DNA from: an uncultured candidate division Zixibacteria bacterium
GTDB taxonomy: Bacteria; Zixibacteria; MSB-5A5; GN15; PGXB01
Reading direction: 5' to 3'
DNA length: 64,000 nucleotides
NCBI GenBank assembly: GCA_963702205.1
Contig: OY969724.1
Coordinates: forward strand, 3,840,001-3,904,000
Positions 49,833 to 59,892 of the stretch are shown here, piece after piece (within the stretch, counting starts at the first letter, position 1; each line of letters begins with the position of its first letter). The translations under genes were made by a program, and so were the position numbers. The notes under the pieces were generated by a model. It worked only from the letters and a program-made list of their open reading frames with translations, did not search any database and had not been told where the DNA came from.

Positions 49833-51185
49833 ATGGAAAATTTACTCATATGGGGCATCGTGGGAATAATCGCACTGGTTATTTTTGTCCCCTATTTCAT
49901 AAAATTCCGCAAAGAGCAGACAAAATCGGCTCGGCGTCTCGAAGAGGCCCGCTCACTGGGCATACAACCCAAAAGTCAATTTCCACAGATCAACCGGGCC
50001 GCCTGCATCGGTTGCGGTTCCTGCGTCGAGGCCTGCCCCGAGGGTGACGTTCTGGCCGTTGTCTGGGGCACCGCCGAAGTCATCAACGGCGACCGCTGTG
50101 TCGGGCACGGGTTCTGCGAAACGGCCTGCCCGGTGGGAGCGCTTAAAGTCGGTCTTGGCGACGTCAAAAGCCGCCCCGATATTCCGATCCTGACCGAGCA
50201 GAACGAAACCTCGGTGCCGGGGGTCTTTATCGCGGGAGAGCTGAGCGGTATATCGCTGATCCGCCATGCCGTCTCCCAGGGTCAGAAGGTAACAAGGGAG
50301 ATTTTTCGACGAATCAAACAAAACCCACCCGAAGCCAGGTTCGATATAGCCATAGTCGGCGCCGGACCGGCCGGACTTACTGCTGCTCTCACCGCCCACG
50401 AAAGCAATCTGTCGTGTGTCGTGCTCGACCAGTACGACCTGGGCGGAACCATCCTGCACTATCCTCGCAAGAAGTTGGTGATGACGCAGCCGGTGGAAGT
50501 CCCGTACTACGGCCATCTGAACCGCGATGAATATTCCAAAGAAGAACTACTGGACATCTGGCGGCAGGTGGCGAAAACATCGGAACTCGACGTCCGTCCC
50601 GGTCAAAGAGTCGAAAACATCACGGGCCGGGAGGGCTCTTTCACGTTGACCACGTCCGACGGACACGAGTTCAAGGCCGGGTTTGTGGTTCTTGCGCTCG
50701 GACGGAGGGGTACTCCGCGCAAGCTCGGTGCTCCGGGCGAGGACCTTCCGAAAGTACTATACCAACTGATCGACGCCCAGTCGTATCAAAAGCAGCACGT
50801 TCTTGTTGTCGGCGGTGGCGACAGTGCGGTCGAAGCCGCGGTCGGACTGGCCCGTCAGCCCGGAAATAAAGTAACCATATCGTACCGCAAGCCGCGCTTT
50901 TTCAGAATCAAGAAAAAGAACGAAGACGCCATACGGCAGATGATATCATCGAAATCCATCGACGCCGTCTTCGAATCTCAGGTCAAAGAGATCCGGGAAA
51001 CTACGGTGGTGCTAACATCAGCCGACGGCGAAATCGAACTGCCCAACGACGCGGTTATCATACAAGCGGGCGGTATCCCGCCCTTTGAAATGCTCAAAGA
51101 ATTCGGTATTGCCTTCGGCGGCGAATCCATAGGCATCAAAGAAGCCGACGTTCGCTATCTCCAAACCGCCGCCAGCGGGACATAA
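49833..51185 (+). CDS. Membrane-anchored ferredoxin-domain + FAD/NAD(P)H oxidoreductase (TrxR/YpdA-like fold)
   Basis: N-terminal TM helix; CIGCGSCVEACP and CVGHGFCETACP; GAGPAG; GGGDSA; no redox CxxC in the flavin domain. Confidence 0.85.
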   Translation: MENLLIWGIVGIIALVIFVPYFIKFRKEQTKSARRLEEARSLGIQPKSQFPQINRAACIGCGSCVEACPEGDVLAVVWGTAEVINGDRCVGHGFCETACPVGALKVGLGDVKSRPDIPILTEQNETSVPGVFIAGELSGISLIRHAVSQGQKVTREIFRRIKQNPPEARFDIAIVGAGPAGLTAALTAHESNLSCVVLDQYDLGGTILHYPRKKLVMTQPVEVPYYGHLNRDEYSKEELLDIWRQVAKTSELDVRPGQRVENITGREGSFTLTTSDGHEFKAGFVVLALGRRGTPRKLGAPGEDLPKVLYQLIDAQSYQKQHVLVVGGGDSAVEAAVGLARQPGNKVTISYRKPRFFRIKKKNEDAIRQMISSKSIDAVFESQVKEIRETTVVLTSADGEIELPNDAVIIQAGGIPPFEMLKEFGIAFGGESIGIKEADVRYLQTAASGT

Positions 51186-51263
51186 TCCTGATAAATATTA
51201 TGATTCTTAAGTAGGTCGGGTTCCGAGTCTGCGAGAAACCCGACAACAAGATTATTCGCACCT

Positions 51264-51677
51264 CTATGTCGAAGTATAATAGTGCAAACTGGCGAGAAAT
51301 ATTCCGACCCCGATGGCCATATATACCGGGACGAGGTACATCCGCGATACCGGCAGATGCCGCATGACATACCCCAGTGTCATCATGATTACGACGATAA
51401 TATAGCTGCGCCAGCCCTGAAAAGCGAACAGGCAGACTTTCTCTTTGCCGGGCGCCTGCTCACGGATACGGGCTACGTTATTGCCGACCAGACGAAGGAA
51501 TCCGAATCGATAAACGAAAAATCCGGCCAACAACCCCGCGACAAGCGGTAATGCCCAATCGCCGGGAGCCGTAATCAGCCAGAACGTGGCCATAGAGCAC
51601 AGCACGATCCCGACCGCCGTCCAGACGGCACCGGCCAATATCAGGAGCATTTTTCGACTAACCGCTGGTGAATTCAT
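51264..51677 (-). CDS. Hypothetical 4-TM membrane protein
   Basis: Four hydrophobic segments; likely start MNSPA. Confidence 0.7.
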   Translation of the reverse strand: MNSPAVSRKMLLILAGAVWTAVGIVLCSMATFWLITAPGDWALPLVAGLLAGFFVYRFGFLRLVGNNVARIREQAPGKEKVCLFAFQGWRSYIIVVIMMTLGYVMRHLPVSRMYLVPVYMAIGVGIFLASLHYYTST

Positions 51678-51776
51678 ATTATCACTTACAAATAAAGCCG
51701 TCGTCCCGAAGCATAATACATGCAAATTAAGACAACGGCCTGGCTTGTCAATTTATAACTTCGTGGCCCGGGTGTT

Positions 51777-52262
51777 TTAAACCTGCTCATAAGCCTGTTT
51801 GAGCAGGCTTATATCGAGTTTGGTCATTTTCATCAACGCGGCGATGACCCGTTCGGATTGCTCGGCGGTGCCTTTTTGCATCAATTCACCCAGGATGGTC
51901 GGGACAATCTGCCAGGAAACGCCGTACTGATCCTGCAGCCAGCCGCACTGGTCTTTACGGCCGCCCTCGGACAGCTTTGCCCAGAAATGGTCGACCTCCT
52001 TCTGCGTCTCGCAGTTGACTATAAACGATATCGCCGGAGAAAATTGAAACTGCGGACCACCATTGAGCGCCATGAACTTCTGACCGTCGAGATCAAACAC
52101 GACCGTCATGACCGAACCTTGTTCCCGTCCCGATGCTTCCGCCGCAGCGTTACTGTAGCGGGCGACCTGCAGAATCCGGGAATTTTTAAAGATCGAGACA
52201 TAGAAATTCGCGGCTGCCTCGGCTTGACCGTCGAACCACAGGCAATTGATGAAACCCTTCAT
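51777..52262 (-). CDS. VOC/PhnB-like (3-demethylubiquinone-9 3-methyltransferase family) protein
   Basis: CLWFDGQAE, ALNGGP and CGWLQDQYGVSWQIVP motifs. Confidence 0.92.
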   Translation of the reverse strand: MKGFINCLWFDGQAEAAANFYVSIFKNSRILQVARYSNAAAEASGREQGSVMTVVFDLDGQKFMALNGGPQFQFSPAISFIVNCETQKEVDHFWAKLSEGGRKDQCGWLQDQYGVSWQIVPTILGELMQKGTAEQSERVIAALMKMTKLDISLLKQAYEQV

Positions 52263-52289
52263 TTTATTTAACCCCTCGGTTATGCTTCT

Positions 52290-52688
52290 TCATTTGGATT
52301 GCTCGGCTCCGCGCCGCTGTTCGCTTTCGTCGATCATTTCGCCCAAATCCGCCGCCGGGCGGATTTCAAACGGTCCGGCCTTGACGCCCGGATGCTTTGA
52401 CATAATCCGTATGGCATGGTTCATATCGTCGGCTTCGAGAATCAGAATGCCGCCGAGCTGTTCTTTGGTTTCGGCGTACGGACCGTCGGTTACCGTCACC
52501 TTTTCGTTCTGCCAGCGCAAAGTCGCGGCATTGCGCGGCCCCTGAAGCGCCTCCCCACCGGCGAAATGTCCGTTCTTACGAAGGACGTCATCGTAAGCAA
52601 AGCACTCATCGACCATTTCGTTGCGCGCCGCTTCGGTCATAGACTCCCATTTATTTTCGGCCATATAGCCAAGGCATATATATTTCAT
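52290..52688 (-). CDS. YciI/DGPF-family protein
   Basis: VTDGPYAETKEQLGG motif. Confidence 0.9.
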   Translation of the reverse strand: MKYICLGYMAENKWESMTEAARNEMVDECFAYDDVLRKNGHFAGGEALQGPRNAATLRWQNEKVTVTDGPYAETKEQLGGILILEADDMNHAIRIMSKHPGVKAGPFEIRPAADLGEMIDESEQRRGAEQSK

Positions 52689-52718
52689 GGCAGCCTCCTA
52701 ATTTATGTATCCATACGA

Positions 52719-53156
52719 TTAACGTTTTCCAAGTTGTTCATTAACTACGGCATTATCGGCGACTTTTTGTACGTTCTCGGGGAAGTCCGACATCTCGAAA
52801 ATCTGCCGAACTTCGATCACGTCGCCGTCCGCGGCCGGGCATTTACGGGCCCATTCCACGGCTTCTTCTTTCGATTGGACGTTGATCAGCCAGTAACCGC
52901 CGATAATCTCTTTGGCCTCGGTGAACGGACCGTCGGTCACTTGCGGCTTGCCGCCGGAAAATGACACCCGCGCGCCTTTGATATCGGGCTGAAGTCCGTC
53001 GAGCGTAATTAAAGCCCCGGCTTTGGTGAGTTGTTCATTGAATTTCATCATCTTTTCGACCGCATCGGCCGGCGGCGCGAAACCTTCCCCCGCCTTTTCT
53101 TCGGGCGGCGTCCCGGGTTGATAAACCTTCGGGATCATAATCATCATGAATCTCAT
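52719..53156 (-). CDS. YciI/DGPF-family protein
   Basis: VTDGPFTEAKEIIGGYW motif. Confidence 0.9.
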   Translation of the reverse strand: MRFMMIMIPKVYQPGTPPEEKAGEGFAPPADAVEKMMKFNEQLTKAGALITLDGLQPDIKGARVSFSGGKPQVTDGPFTEAKEIIGGYWLINVQSKEEAVEWARKCPAADGDVIEVRQIFEMSDFPENVQKVADNAVVNEQLGKR

Positions 53157-53218
53157 TTTATTTCTCCTTCGTTTTTATTTTTCCATTGACGGTGCAAATC
53201 TTATCCGGCGGTTAGCAT

Positions 53219-53554
53219 CTATGGTTCGAAAACCGGGCGGATTTCGATCGTCCCTTCCCGGGCGGCCGGGATCTGTCCGGAAATCGAAATGGCTTCGTCG
53301 AGATTGCCGGCCTCGATCAGAAAATAACCACCGAGCTGTTCATGGGTCTCCGCGAAAGGTCCGTCGGTTACGGTCGGCTTTCCGCTGCGGATGCGCACGC
53401 TGGTCGACGTGGTCACCGGCTGTAAGGCGTCTCCGGCCAGAAACTTGCCTTCGGATTTCAGCCGCTGCGCGAGACGGGCGGTTTCTTCGTAGCCATCGTG
53501 ATCGGAATCGGACCGCGACTTTTCATCCGAGTAAATTAGCAGCATGTACTTCAT
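53219..53554 (-). CDS. YciI/DGPF-family protein
   Basis: MKYMLLIY start after GGAGG; VTDGPFAETHEQLGGY motif. Confidence 0.9.
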   Translation of the reverse strand: MKYMLLIYSDEKSRSDSDHDGYEETARLAQRLKSEGKFLAGDALQPVTTSTSVRIRSGKPTVTDGPFAETHEQLGGYFLIEAGNLDEAISISGQIPAAREGTIEIRPVFEP

Positions 53555-53599
53555 TTGGTTTCCTCCAAAATTCCGTTTCAATTATCGTTTCACCCAATA

Positions 53600-53626
53600 G
53601 TCGATCAGATTGGTCCAATATCGACA
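53600..53626 (-). promoter_or_regulatory. ECF42-type promoter, TGTCGA-N17-CGAC
   Basis: Minus strand reads TGTCGATATTGGACCAATCTGATCGAC, between the sigma gene and the first DGPF gene; fits the ECF42 TGTCGA/CGA pattern. Confidence 0.75.
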
Positions 53627-53635
53627 AAAATTTCT

Positions 53636-54889
53636 TTATAAAGCCAATTCTTTTAATCGCCGCTCCAAAAAACGCCGTTCCGGCTCCTGTTTGGCGAGAG
53701 TGATGGCGCGCTCATACGATATTCGGGCGTCTTCGTCCTTTCCCTGCCTGCGACAAAGATCGGCCCGTGCCGCGTGGGCCAGGTGATAGTCTTTCAAGTC
53801 CCCGCGTGCCAGGATGTTATCTATCAGCTTCAGGCCCGCCTCGGGACCGTCGCGCATAGCCACCGCCACCGCCCGGTTGAGTCCGATCACGGGCGACGGT
53901 TCCATGCGCAACAGATCATCATATAAGCCGACGATTTTCGCCCAGTCGGTATCTTCGGAACTGACCGCTTCGGCATGGACCGATGCAATGGCCGCCTGAA
54001 GAGTATAAGAACCGAAATGGCTGGAAGACAGCGCCCGATTTACAAGGGCCGTCCCTTCCGATATATATTTCTTGTTCCAGAGCGTACGGTCCTGATCTTC
54101 GAGAAGGATCAAATCGCCCGAGGGCGACGTCCTGGCGGTGCGGCGCGATTCCTGAAGCAGCATAAGCGCCAGCAGACCCATGACCTCCGGTTCGGGCAGA
54201 AGTTCCAGGATCAGCCGTCCCAGCCGAACGGCCTCTTCCGAAAGATCGGCCCTGGTTAACGCCGCGCCCGAAGAAGCGGAATAACCTTCGTTAAAGACCA
54301 GGTAGGTCACTTTAAGGACAGCGTCCAAGCGCGCCGGAAGTTCGGGCGGTAATGGTACCTGATACGGAATACGCGCGTCGCGGATTTTCGCTTTGGCCCG
54401 TACTATTCGCTGAGCCAACGCCGACGGCGTCATAAGAAAAGCGTGGGCGATTTCTTCGGTCGTCAGGCCGCACACTTCTCTCAAAGTAAGTGCGATCCGG
54501 GCCTCCGGTGCCAAAGCCGGGTGACAGCAGGTGAATATCAGCCTCAGCCGGTCGTCTTCGATGCTTTCGTCGTCGGGAAACGTTGAACCCTCCATGTCGG
54601 AGATCATCTGTTCGGCCAGTTCCTCCTGAGAGGCATCGAACCGCGCGCGGCGCCGGAGTGCGTCGATCGCTTTAAAGCGACCGGTCGATATCAGCCAAGC
54701 CCGGGGATTGGCGGGGATACCGCCCGTGGGCCATTTTTCGAGAGCGGCCCGAAATGATTCGTGCAGGGCGTCCTCGGCCAGATCAAAATCGCCCAGGAGG
54801 CGAATCAATGTAGCGAGGATGCGCCGCGATTCCAGCCGGTAAAAAGATTCGACCTGCTCGCGCACATTGTTGATTGTTTTTCCTGTCAT
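53636..54889 (-). CDS. ECF42-group sigma factor with C-terminal TPR extension
   Basis: DDRLRLIFTCCHPAL, YLVFNEGY, LQAAIASVH and LNRAVAVA motifs; adjacent DGPF genes. Confidence 0.93.
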   Translation of the reverse strand: MTGKTINNVREQVESFYRLESRRILATLIRLLGDFDLAEDALHESFRAALEKWPTGGIPANPRAWLISTGRFKAIDALRRRARFDASQEELAEQMISDMEGSTFPDDESIEDDRLRLIFTCCHPALAPEARIALTLREVCGLTTEEIAHAFLMTPSALAQRIVRAKAKIRDARIPYQVPLPPELPARLDAVLKVTYLVFNEGYSASSGAALTRADLSEEAVRLGRLILELLPEPEVMGLLALMLLQESRRTARTSPSGDLILLEDQDRTLWNKKYISEGTALVNRALSSSHFGSYTLQAAIASVHAEAVSSEDTDWAKIVGLYDDLLRMEPSPVIGLNRAVAVAMRDGPEAGLKLIDNILARGDLKDYHLAHAARADLCRRQGKDEDARISYERAITLAKQEPERRFLERRLKELAL

Positions 54890-55054
54890 ACAATATATAA
54901 CCCGGATTCTGCCGAGTTTGATTCGGAAAAAATACGCGTCTTGGCTGCCTGGGGTTTGATTTCAAACAGGCTAAAGCAGAGGATTAGCGACAGTTCGGAA
55001 CACATCAATCGAAATTGGCGTTCGATACTCCATACATTCACGAAAGGAAATCCA

Positions 55055-55705
55055 ATGGGTACAAAAATAGGAATCCTCGGTTCAGGGATGGTCGGGCAGG
55101 CACTGGCGATTGGTTTTATCACACACGGGTACGACGTCATGATCGGCACCGGCAGCGAAGACAAATATGCAGAGCTCAAAGAGAAAACCTCCGGCAAAGC
55201 AAAAATCGGCACATTCGAAGAAACCGCCGTCTTCGGTGAACTTCTGGTACTGTCGGTAAAGGGCGTTGGGGCCGAGGAAGTCATGCAGTCAGCCGGTATC
55301 TCGAACTTCAAAGGAAAGACCATAATCGACACGACCAACCCGATCGCGGAAACCCCGCCGGTCAATGGTGTCTTACAATATTTCACGTCGCCGAACGCCT
55401 CACTTATGGAGAAGCTTCAAAACCTGGCTCCCGACGCACATTTTGTCAAAGCTTTCAGCAGTATCGGCAGCGCCCACATGGTCAATCCCGATTTCGGCGG
55501 GATCAAACCGACCATGTTCATCTGCGGCAACGACGAGCAGGCCAAAAGCGACGTCGAGAAAATACTCGGCCAGTTCGGCTGGGAATATGCCAACATGGGC
55601 ACGGCCGAGGCGGCGCGTGCCATCGAGCCGCTGGCCATGCTCTGGTGCATCCCCGGAATTACGCACAATGAATGGAATCACGCCTTCAAATTGCTGAAGA
55701 AATAA
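55055..55705 (+). CDS. NADPH-dependent F420 reductase-family oxidoreductase
   Basis: GILGSGMVG, IDTTNP, VKAFS and ARAIEPL motifs; start MGTKIG after GAAAGG. Confidence 0.88.
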   Translation: MGTKIGILGSGMVGQALAIGFITHGYDVMIGTGSEDKYAELKEKTSGKAKIGTFEETAVFGELLVLSVKGVGAEEVMQSAGISNFKGKTIIDTTNPIAETPPVNGVLQYFTSPNASLMEKLQNLAPDAHFVKAFSSIGSAHMVNPDFGGIKPTMFICGNDEQAKSDVEKILGQFGWEYANMGTAEAARAIEPLAMLWCIPGITHNEWNHAFKLLKK

Positions 55706-55776
55706 ATGTAATGAGGCAAAGTCGTACGTACGGTGTACCATATGAATAAGATAAATATTTTTGCAAGGAGATAGAA

Positions 55777-56781
55777 ATGATCCAAAGAAAACTCGGACGG
55801 ACCAACGGGGTTGATGTTTCGGCCATCGGCCTGGGGTGCATGGGTATGTCACCCGATTTTTACGGACCGACCGATGATGAAGTCGGGATCGCTACTATCA
55901 AGGCCGCCGTCGACGCCTCAATTACGCTACTGGACACCGGCGAATACTACGGGATGGGCCATAACGAAATGTTGATCGGCAAGGCTCTCAAAGATATACC
56001 CCGGGATAGGGTTGTCATAAGCGTCAAATTCGGCGCTCAACGTGACCCCGCTGGAAACTGGCTGGGCTATGACTGCCGCCCCAATGCAGTGAAGAACTCG
56101 CTGGCGCACACGCTGCGACGTCTCAACACCGATTATATTGATATTTACCGGCCGGGACGGCTCGATCCGTCGGTGCCGATCGAGGAGACAATCGGAGCCA
56201 TTGGCGAAATGATAAAGGCCGGATATGTACGGTATGTTGGCCTCTCCGAAGTTGGCAGCGAAACCATCCACCGTGCTCACAAAGTGCATCCCGTCACCGA
56301 CCTTCAGATAGAATATTCGCTGATTTCGCGCGGCATAGAAAAAGATATTCTCCCCACCTGCCGCGAGCTTGGTATCGGCATCACGGCTTACGGTGTACTT
56401 TCAAGGGGTCTTATTAGCGGACACTGGTCAAAGACCCGCCAGACCGGACCGAAAGATTTTCGGGCCCACGGTCCCCGTTTTACGGCAGAAAATCTGGATC
56501 AAAACCTCGCGCTGGTGGAAGCCCTGCGCAAAATCGCCGATGACAAAGGCTGCACGGTAGCACAGACAGCCATCGCCTGGGTGCTTTCACGAGGCGAAGA
56601 TATTGTTCCTTTAGTCGGTTCCCGCAAAAGGGAACAGTTTTCTGAATCATTAAAGGCGCTCGACGTCGTCTTAGCGCCGGAGGATTTGGCAAACATCGAA
56701 AAGGCCATTCCTGCTGATGCCGCCGCCGGGGACAGATACCCGGCCTACGCCATGAGCTCCCTCGACAGCGAGACTAAGTAA
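55777..56781 (+). CDS. Aldo/keto reductase
   Basis: IGLGCMGMS, LDTGEYYG, YVGLSE, QIEYSL and AYGVLSRG motifs. Confidence 0.95.
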   Translation: MIQRKLGRTNGVDVSAIGLGCMGMSPDFYGPTDDEVGIATIKAAVDASITLLDTGEYYGMGHNEMLIGKALKDIPRDRVVISVKFGAQRDPAGNWLGYDCRPNAVKNSLAHTLRRLNTDYIDIYRPGRLDPSVPIEETIGAIGEMIKAGYVRYVGLSEVGSETIHRAHKVHPVTDLQIEYSLISRGIEKDILPTCRELGIGITAYGVLSRGLISGHWSKTRQTGPKDFRAHGPRFTAENLDQNLALVEALRKIADDKGCTVAQTAIAWVLSRGEDIVPLVGSRKREQFSESLKALDVVLAPEDLANIEKAIPADAAAGDRYPAYAMSSLDSETK

Positions 56782-56853
56782 CGTTCCACCCGGCGTTTCC
56801 ATCATATCCATGTTTGACAGGAATTCCCACTATCAGGAGTTTAGCATCGAATT

Positions 56854-58104
56854 CTATCTAAACACTTCCACTCCCCGTGCTTCCAGAGCCGGGATAAACT
56901 GCTCAGTACTTTCCTGTGACAGGGGATTGCCGTCAAGATGAACAATATCTCCGGTGGCCAGGCCGGTATTGTCAACCAGCGGTTGTATATCTGAAATTCC
57001 GTTTTCTCCCAAAAAAAGCGATTGCAGATTAGTCAACCCTGCCAGCGGGCTAATATCCGTAATTTCATTGATCTGCAAATCGAGCCCGACCAATTCGACA
57101 AGACCGCTTAGCGGAGTTATTGAATTTATATGATTGCTGCCCAAATTACAAATTCTCAAATGTACCAGATTGCTTATAAAGCTGATATCGGTCAAATTTA
57201 GAATCCCAAAATGAATATCATCCAGATGCTCCAATTCATAAAGTGGCGAAAAGTCGGTTACACCTGTTGCATACATAAAAAGCTGTTGCAACGCCGGCAG
57301 TTGAGCCAGGGGACCGATGTCCACTATGGGATTCTGGCTGATATGTAATTGGTGCAAATTGTTTAAACCGGCCAATGGCGAGAGATCAGTTATACTGTTG
57401 TCGGTAAGTTCCAATCCCCAGACGTAAGTGGCATAAGCCAGGGGGCTGATGTCGGTAATTTCGTTACCGGGCAAAACAGCACTCCTCAGTGAAACACAAT
57501 ACTCGAGCCCGGTGAGGTTTTTCACACCTTCCCACGGCGCCGATATAATTGATAAAGTATCAATTTCGCACGATAGAATCGGTCCGTCCGGCTTGTTTAT
57601 TTGTTCGCGAATCACGCGCTCAAGGACTGTATCGACAATCGTCACCTCCTGTATGGCAGGGCAATGAACCGAGCTGCAATTCGAAATTCCGCTCCAGTTA
57701 CCTTTGTCATCCTGTGACTTAATGGCGAAATAATAAATACTGTCCGCTTCCAGATTACCGATTTCGCACATTTGCATGATCCCGGCAGGTGCCGGTACCA
57801 AGTTGGAATTGGCACTTACGGCCTGGGAAAAATTTTCTTCGGATATCACATTATATGACTGGCGCAGGTCATATTTATCGACAAAACCATGTGTTTGGTC
57901 GTTGCGATGGTCGTACGGAGCTGTCCACTGAAGTACGACCGCGTGAGTAGTACTTGTTGAGACAACTAAATCAATAATGATGTCCGGAGGTGTGGTGTCG
58001 GACTCGGCGGCGTCGCCGGTAGGCGATTTCGCACATTGATTGAGCAAAAGCACCGTTGTGACTATAATAAGAGCCCAATATGACGGATAATGAGAACCTG
58101 ACAT
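56854..58104 (-). CDS. Leucine-rich-repeat (internalin-like) probable lipoprotein with FN3 domain
   Basis: Hydrophobic leader ending LLNQC; FN3 (LQWTAP..YYFAIKS); repeated LxxNxITDISPL units. Confidence 0.85.
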   Translation of the reverse strand: MSGSHYPSYWALIIVTTVLLLNQCAKSPTGDAAESDTTPPDIIIDLVVSTSTTHAVVLQWTAPYDHRNDQTHGFVDKYDLRQSYNVISEENFSQAVSANSNLVPAPAGIMQMCEIGNLEADSIYYFAIKSQDDKGNWSGISNCSSVHCPAIQEVTIVDTVLERVIREQINKPDGPILSCEIDTLSIISAPWEGVKNLTGLEYCVSLRSAVLPGNEITDISPLAYATYVWGLELTDNSITDLSPLAGLNNLHQLHISQNPIVDIGPLAQLPALQQLFMYATGVTDFSPLYELEHLDDIHFGILNLTDISFISNLVHLRICNLGSNHINSITPLSGLVELVGLDLQINEITDISPLAGLTNLQSLFLGENGISDIQPLVDNTGLATGDIVHLDGNPLSQESTEQFIPALEARGVEVFR

Positions 58105-58530
58105 ATATTCCTTCCATTTCGCTTTAACGAGCGTCATCTTTTAATCGTACTATTGTCGGGAAATAATTTCTGCGACACATCGGTCGAGTTGCGGCTCTTA
58201 CACTTCGCGGCTCAACCGCTGGTCGACACCGCAACATCTTCAACCGATGTTTGCGGATGATTACTGATCTGACGGACTCTCCAAAAGGAAATTTCACTTG
58301 AGCGGCCTTTCTTAGCGCCATCGGCATCACATTACTTTTTTTTCTCTGCCCTGGCGATCAACATAGTTCCTGAATAAAGATATTCAGCCTTTTTGAAACT
58401 GTCAATTCGTATTTCTTTGGCCCGTCAGAAAGGCATAATTCAGAGGCCGAAAGGCCTTGAAAATAACCGTCGCTATGATTATAATCATATAACATTGCGT
58501 AACTTATATGGAAAGAAACGCGCGGAGTAT

Positions 58531-59892
58531 ATGAACGACAGTGACGAAAACCTTAAATTCTTCAAAGTTATTTTGAGTTCCATCGCCGACGGTGTTTTTA
58601 CGGTCGACAGTAACCGGACTATCACCAGTTTTAACCGCGCCGCGGAAAAGATCACCGGAGTTCCGGCCAGTAAAGCCATCGGGCGCTCGTGCTCCGATGT
58701 GTTTCATTCCGACATCTGCGCGAACTGCCTGCTGCAGAAGACTCTGAAGACCGGCAATCAATCCATCGACCGGCCGGTCAATATCATCAATGCCGGGGGA
58801 GAAAAAATCCCGATCAGCATTTCCACCGCCATTCTTCGCGACGACAACGGCAATATCCTGGGAGCGGTTGAAACCTTCCGTGACCTCTCGGCACTGGAGC
58901 AGCTGCGCAAGGAACTCACCAGCAAATATTCGCTCGAAGACATCATCTCCAAGAGCCCGGAAATACACAAGCTGTTCGAAATCATGCCCGACATCGCCGA
59001 ATCCGAAAGCACCGTGCTGATTCAGGGACCGTCGGGCTCCGGCAAAGAGCTGTTCGCGCGGGCCATACACAATCTGAGTCCCCGCAAAAACCGGCCGCAC
59101 GTGGTCATCAACTGCGGGACGCTCCCAGCCCAGCTTTTCGAATCGGAACTGTTCGGATATGTCAAGGGAGCCTTCACCGACGCCAAGCAGGATAAAAAAG
59201 GCAAGCTGGCGGCAGCCGAGACTGGAACGTTATTCTTCGATGAAATCGGTGAGTTGCCGATATCCACTCAGGTCAAGTTGTTGCGGCTGTTACAGGAGCG
59301 CGAGTACGAGCCGCTCGGTTCGACCAGGCCGGTCAGGGCCGACATCCGGGTCGTGGCCGCGACCAACCGGGACTTAAAACAGCTCGTGGCCCAGGCCAAA
59401 TTCCGCGATGATCTCTATTTCCGGCTGGCCGTGGTCAAGTTCGAGCTTCCCCCGCTCTGCAAACGTCGCGAAGACATTCCCTATCTGGTCGATCATTTCA
59501 TCAAGAAATTCAATGCCCGGACCGGTAAAAGAATAATGAGCGTCAGCCCCGAGGTGATGCACATCCTGATGCGCCACGACTTCCCGGGAAACATCCGTGA
59601 GCTCGAAAATATCATCGAGTACGGTTTTGTTTTGTGCCGGGGAAGTATCATTCAAGTCGAGCAACTTCCGACCGAACTGGCTCAGAGCGGTATCGAGGCG
59701 GGCTCAACAGACCGGCCTGCCCTGACTCCGATTTCACACGCAATGGATGAATATAATCTTCTTATCACGGTTCTGGGTCACAACCACGGTAATATGTCGA
59801 AAGCCGCTTCGGAACTGGGTATGCATCGGACAACCCTCTGGCGAAAACTCAAAAAATACAATATCGATCCCGAAAATATTCCCGACCATTAG
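58531..59892 (+). CDS. PAS-domain sigma54-interacting transcriptional activator (AAA+, Fis-type HTH)
   Basis: PAS domain; GPSGSGKE, ESELFG, GAFTDA, FFDEIG, FPGNIREL; C-terminal HTH. Confidence 0.95.
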   Translation: MNDSDENLKFFKVILSSIADGVFTVDSNRTITSFNRAAEKITGVPASKAIGRSCSDVFHSDICANCLLQKTLKTGNQSIDRPVNIINAGGEKIPISISTAILRDDNGNILGAVETFRDLSALEQLRKELTSKYSLEDIISKSPEIHKLFEIMPDIAESESTVLIQGPSGSGKELFARAIHNLSPRKNRPHVVINCGTLPAQLFESELFGYVKGAFTDAKQDKKGKLAAAETGTLFFDEIGELPISTQVKLLRLLQEREYEPLGSTRPVRADIRVVAATNRDLKQLVAQAKFRDDLYFRLAVVKFELPPLCKRREDIPYLVDHFIKKFNARTGKRIMSVSPEVMHILMRHDFPGNIRELENIIEYGFVLCRGSIIQVEQLPTELAQSGIEAGSTDRPALTPISHAMDEYNLLITVLGHNHGNMSKAASELGMHRTTLWRKLKKYNIDPENIPDH

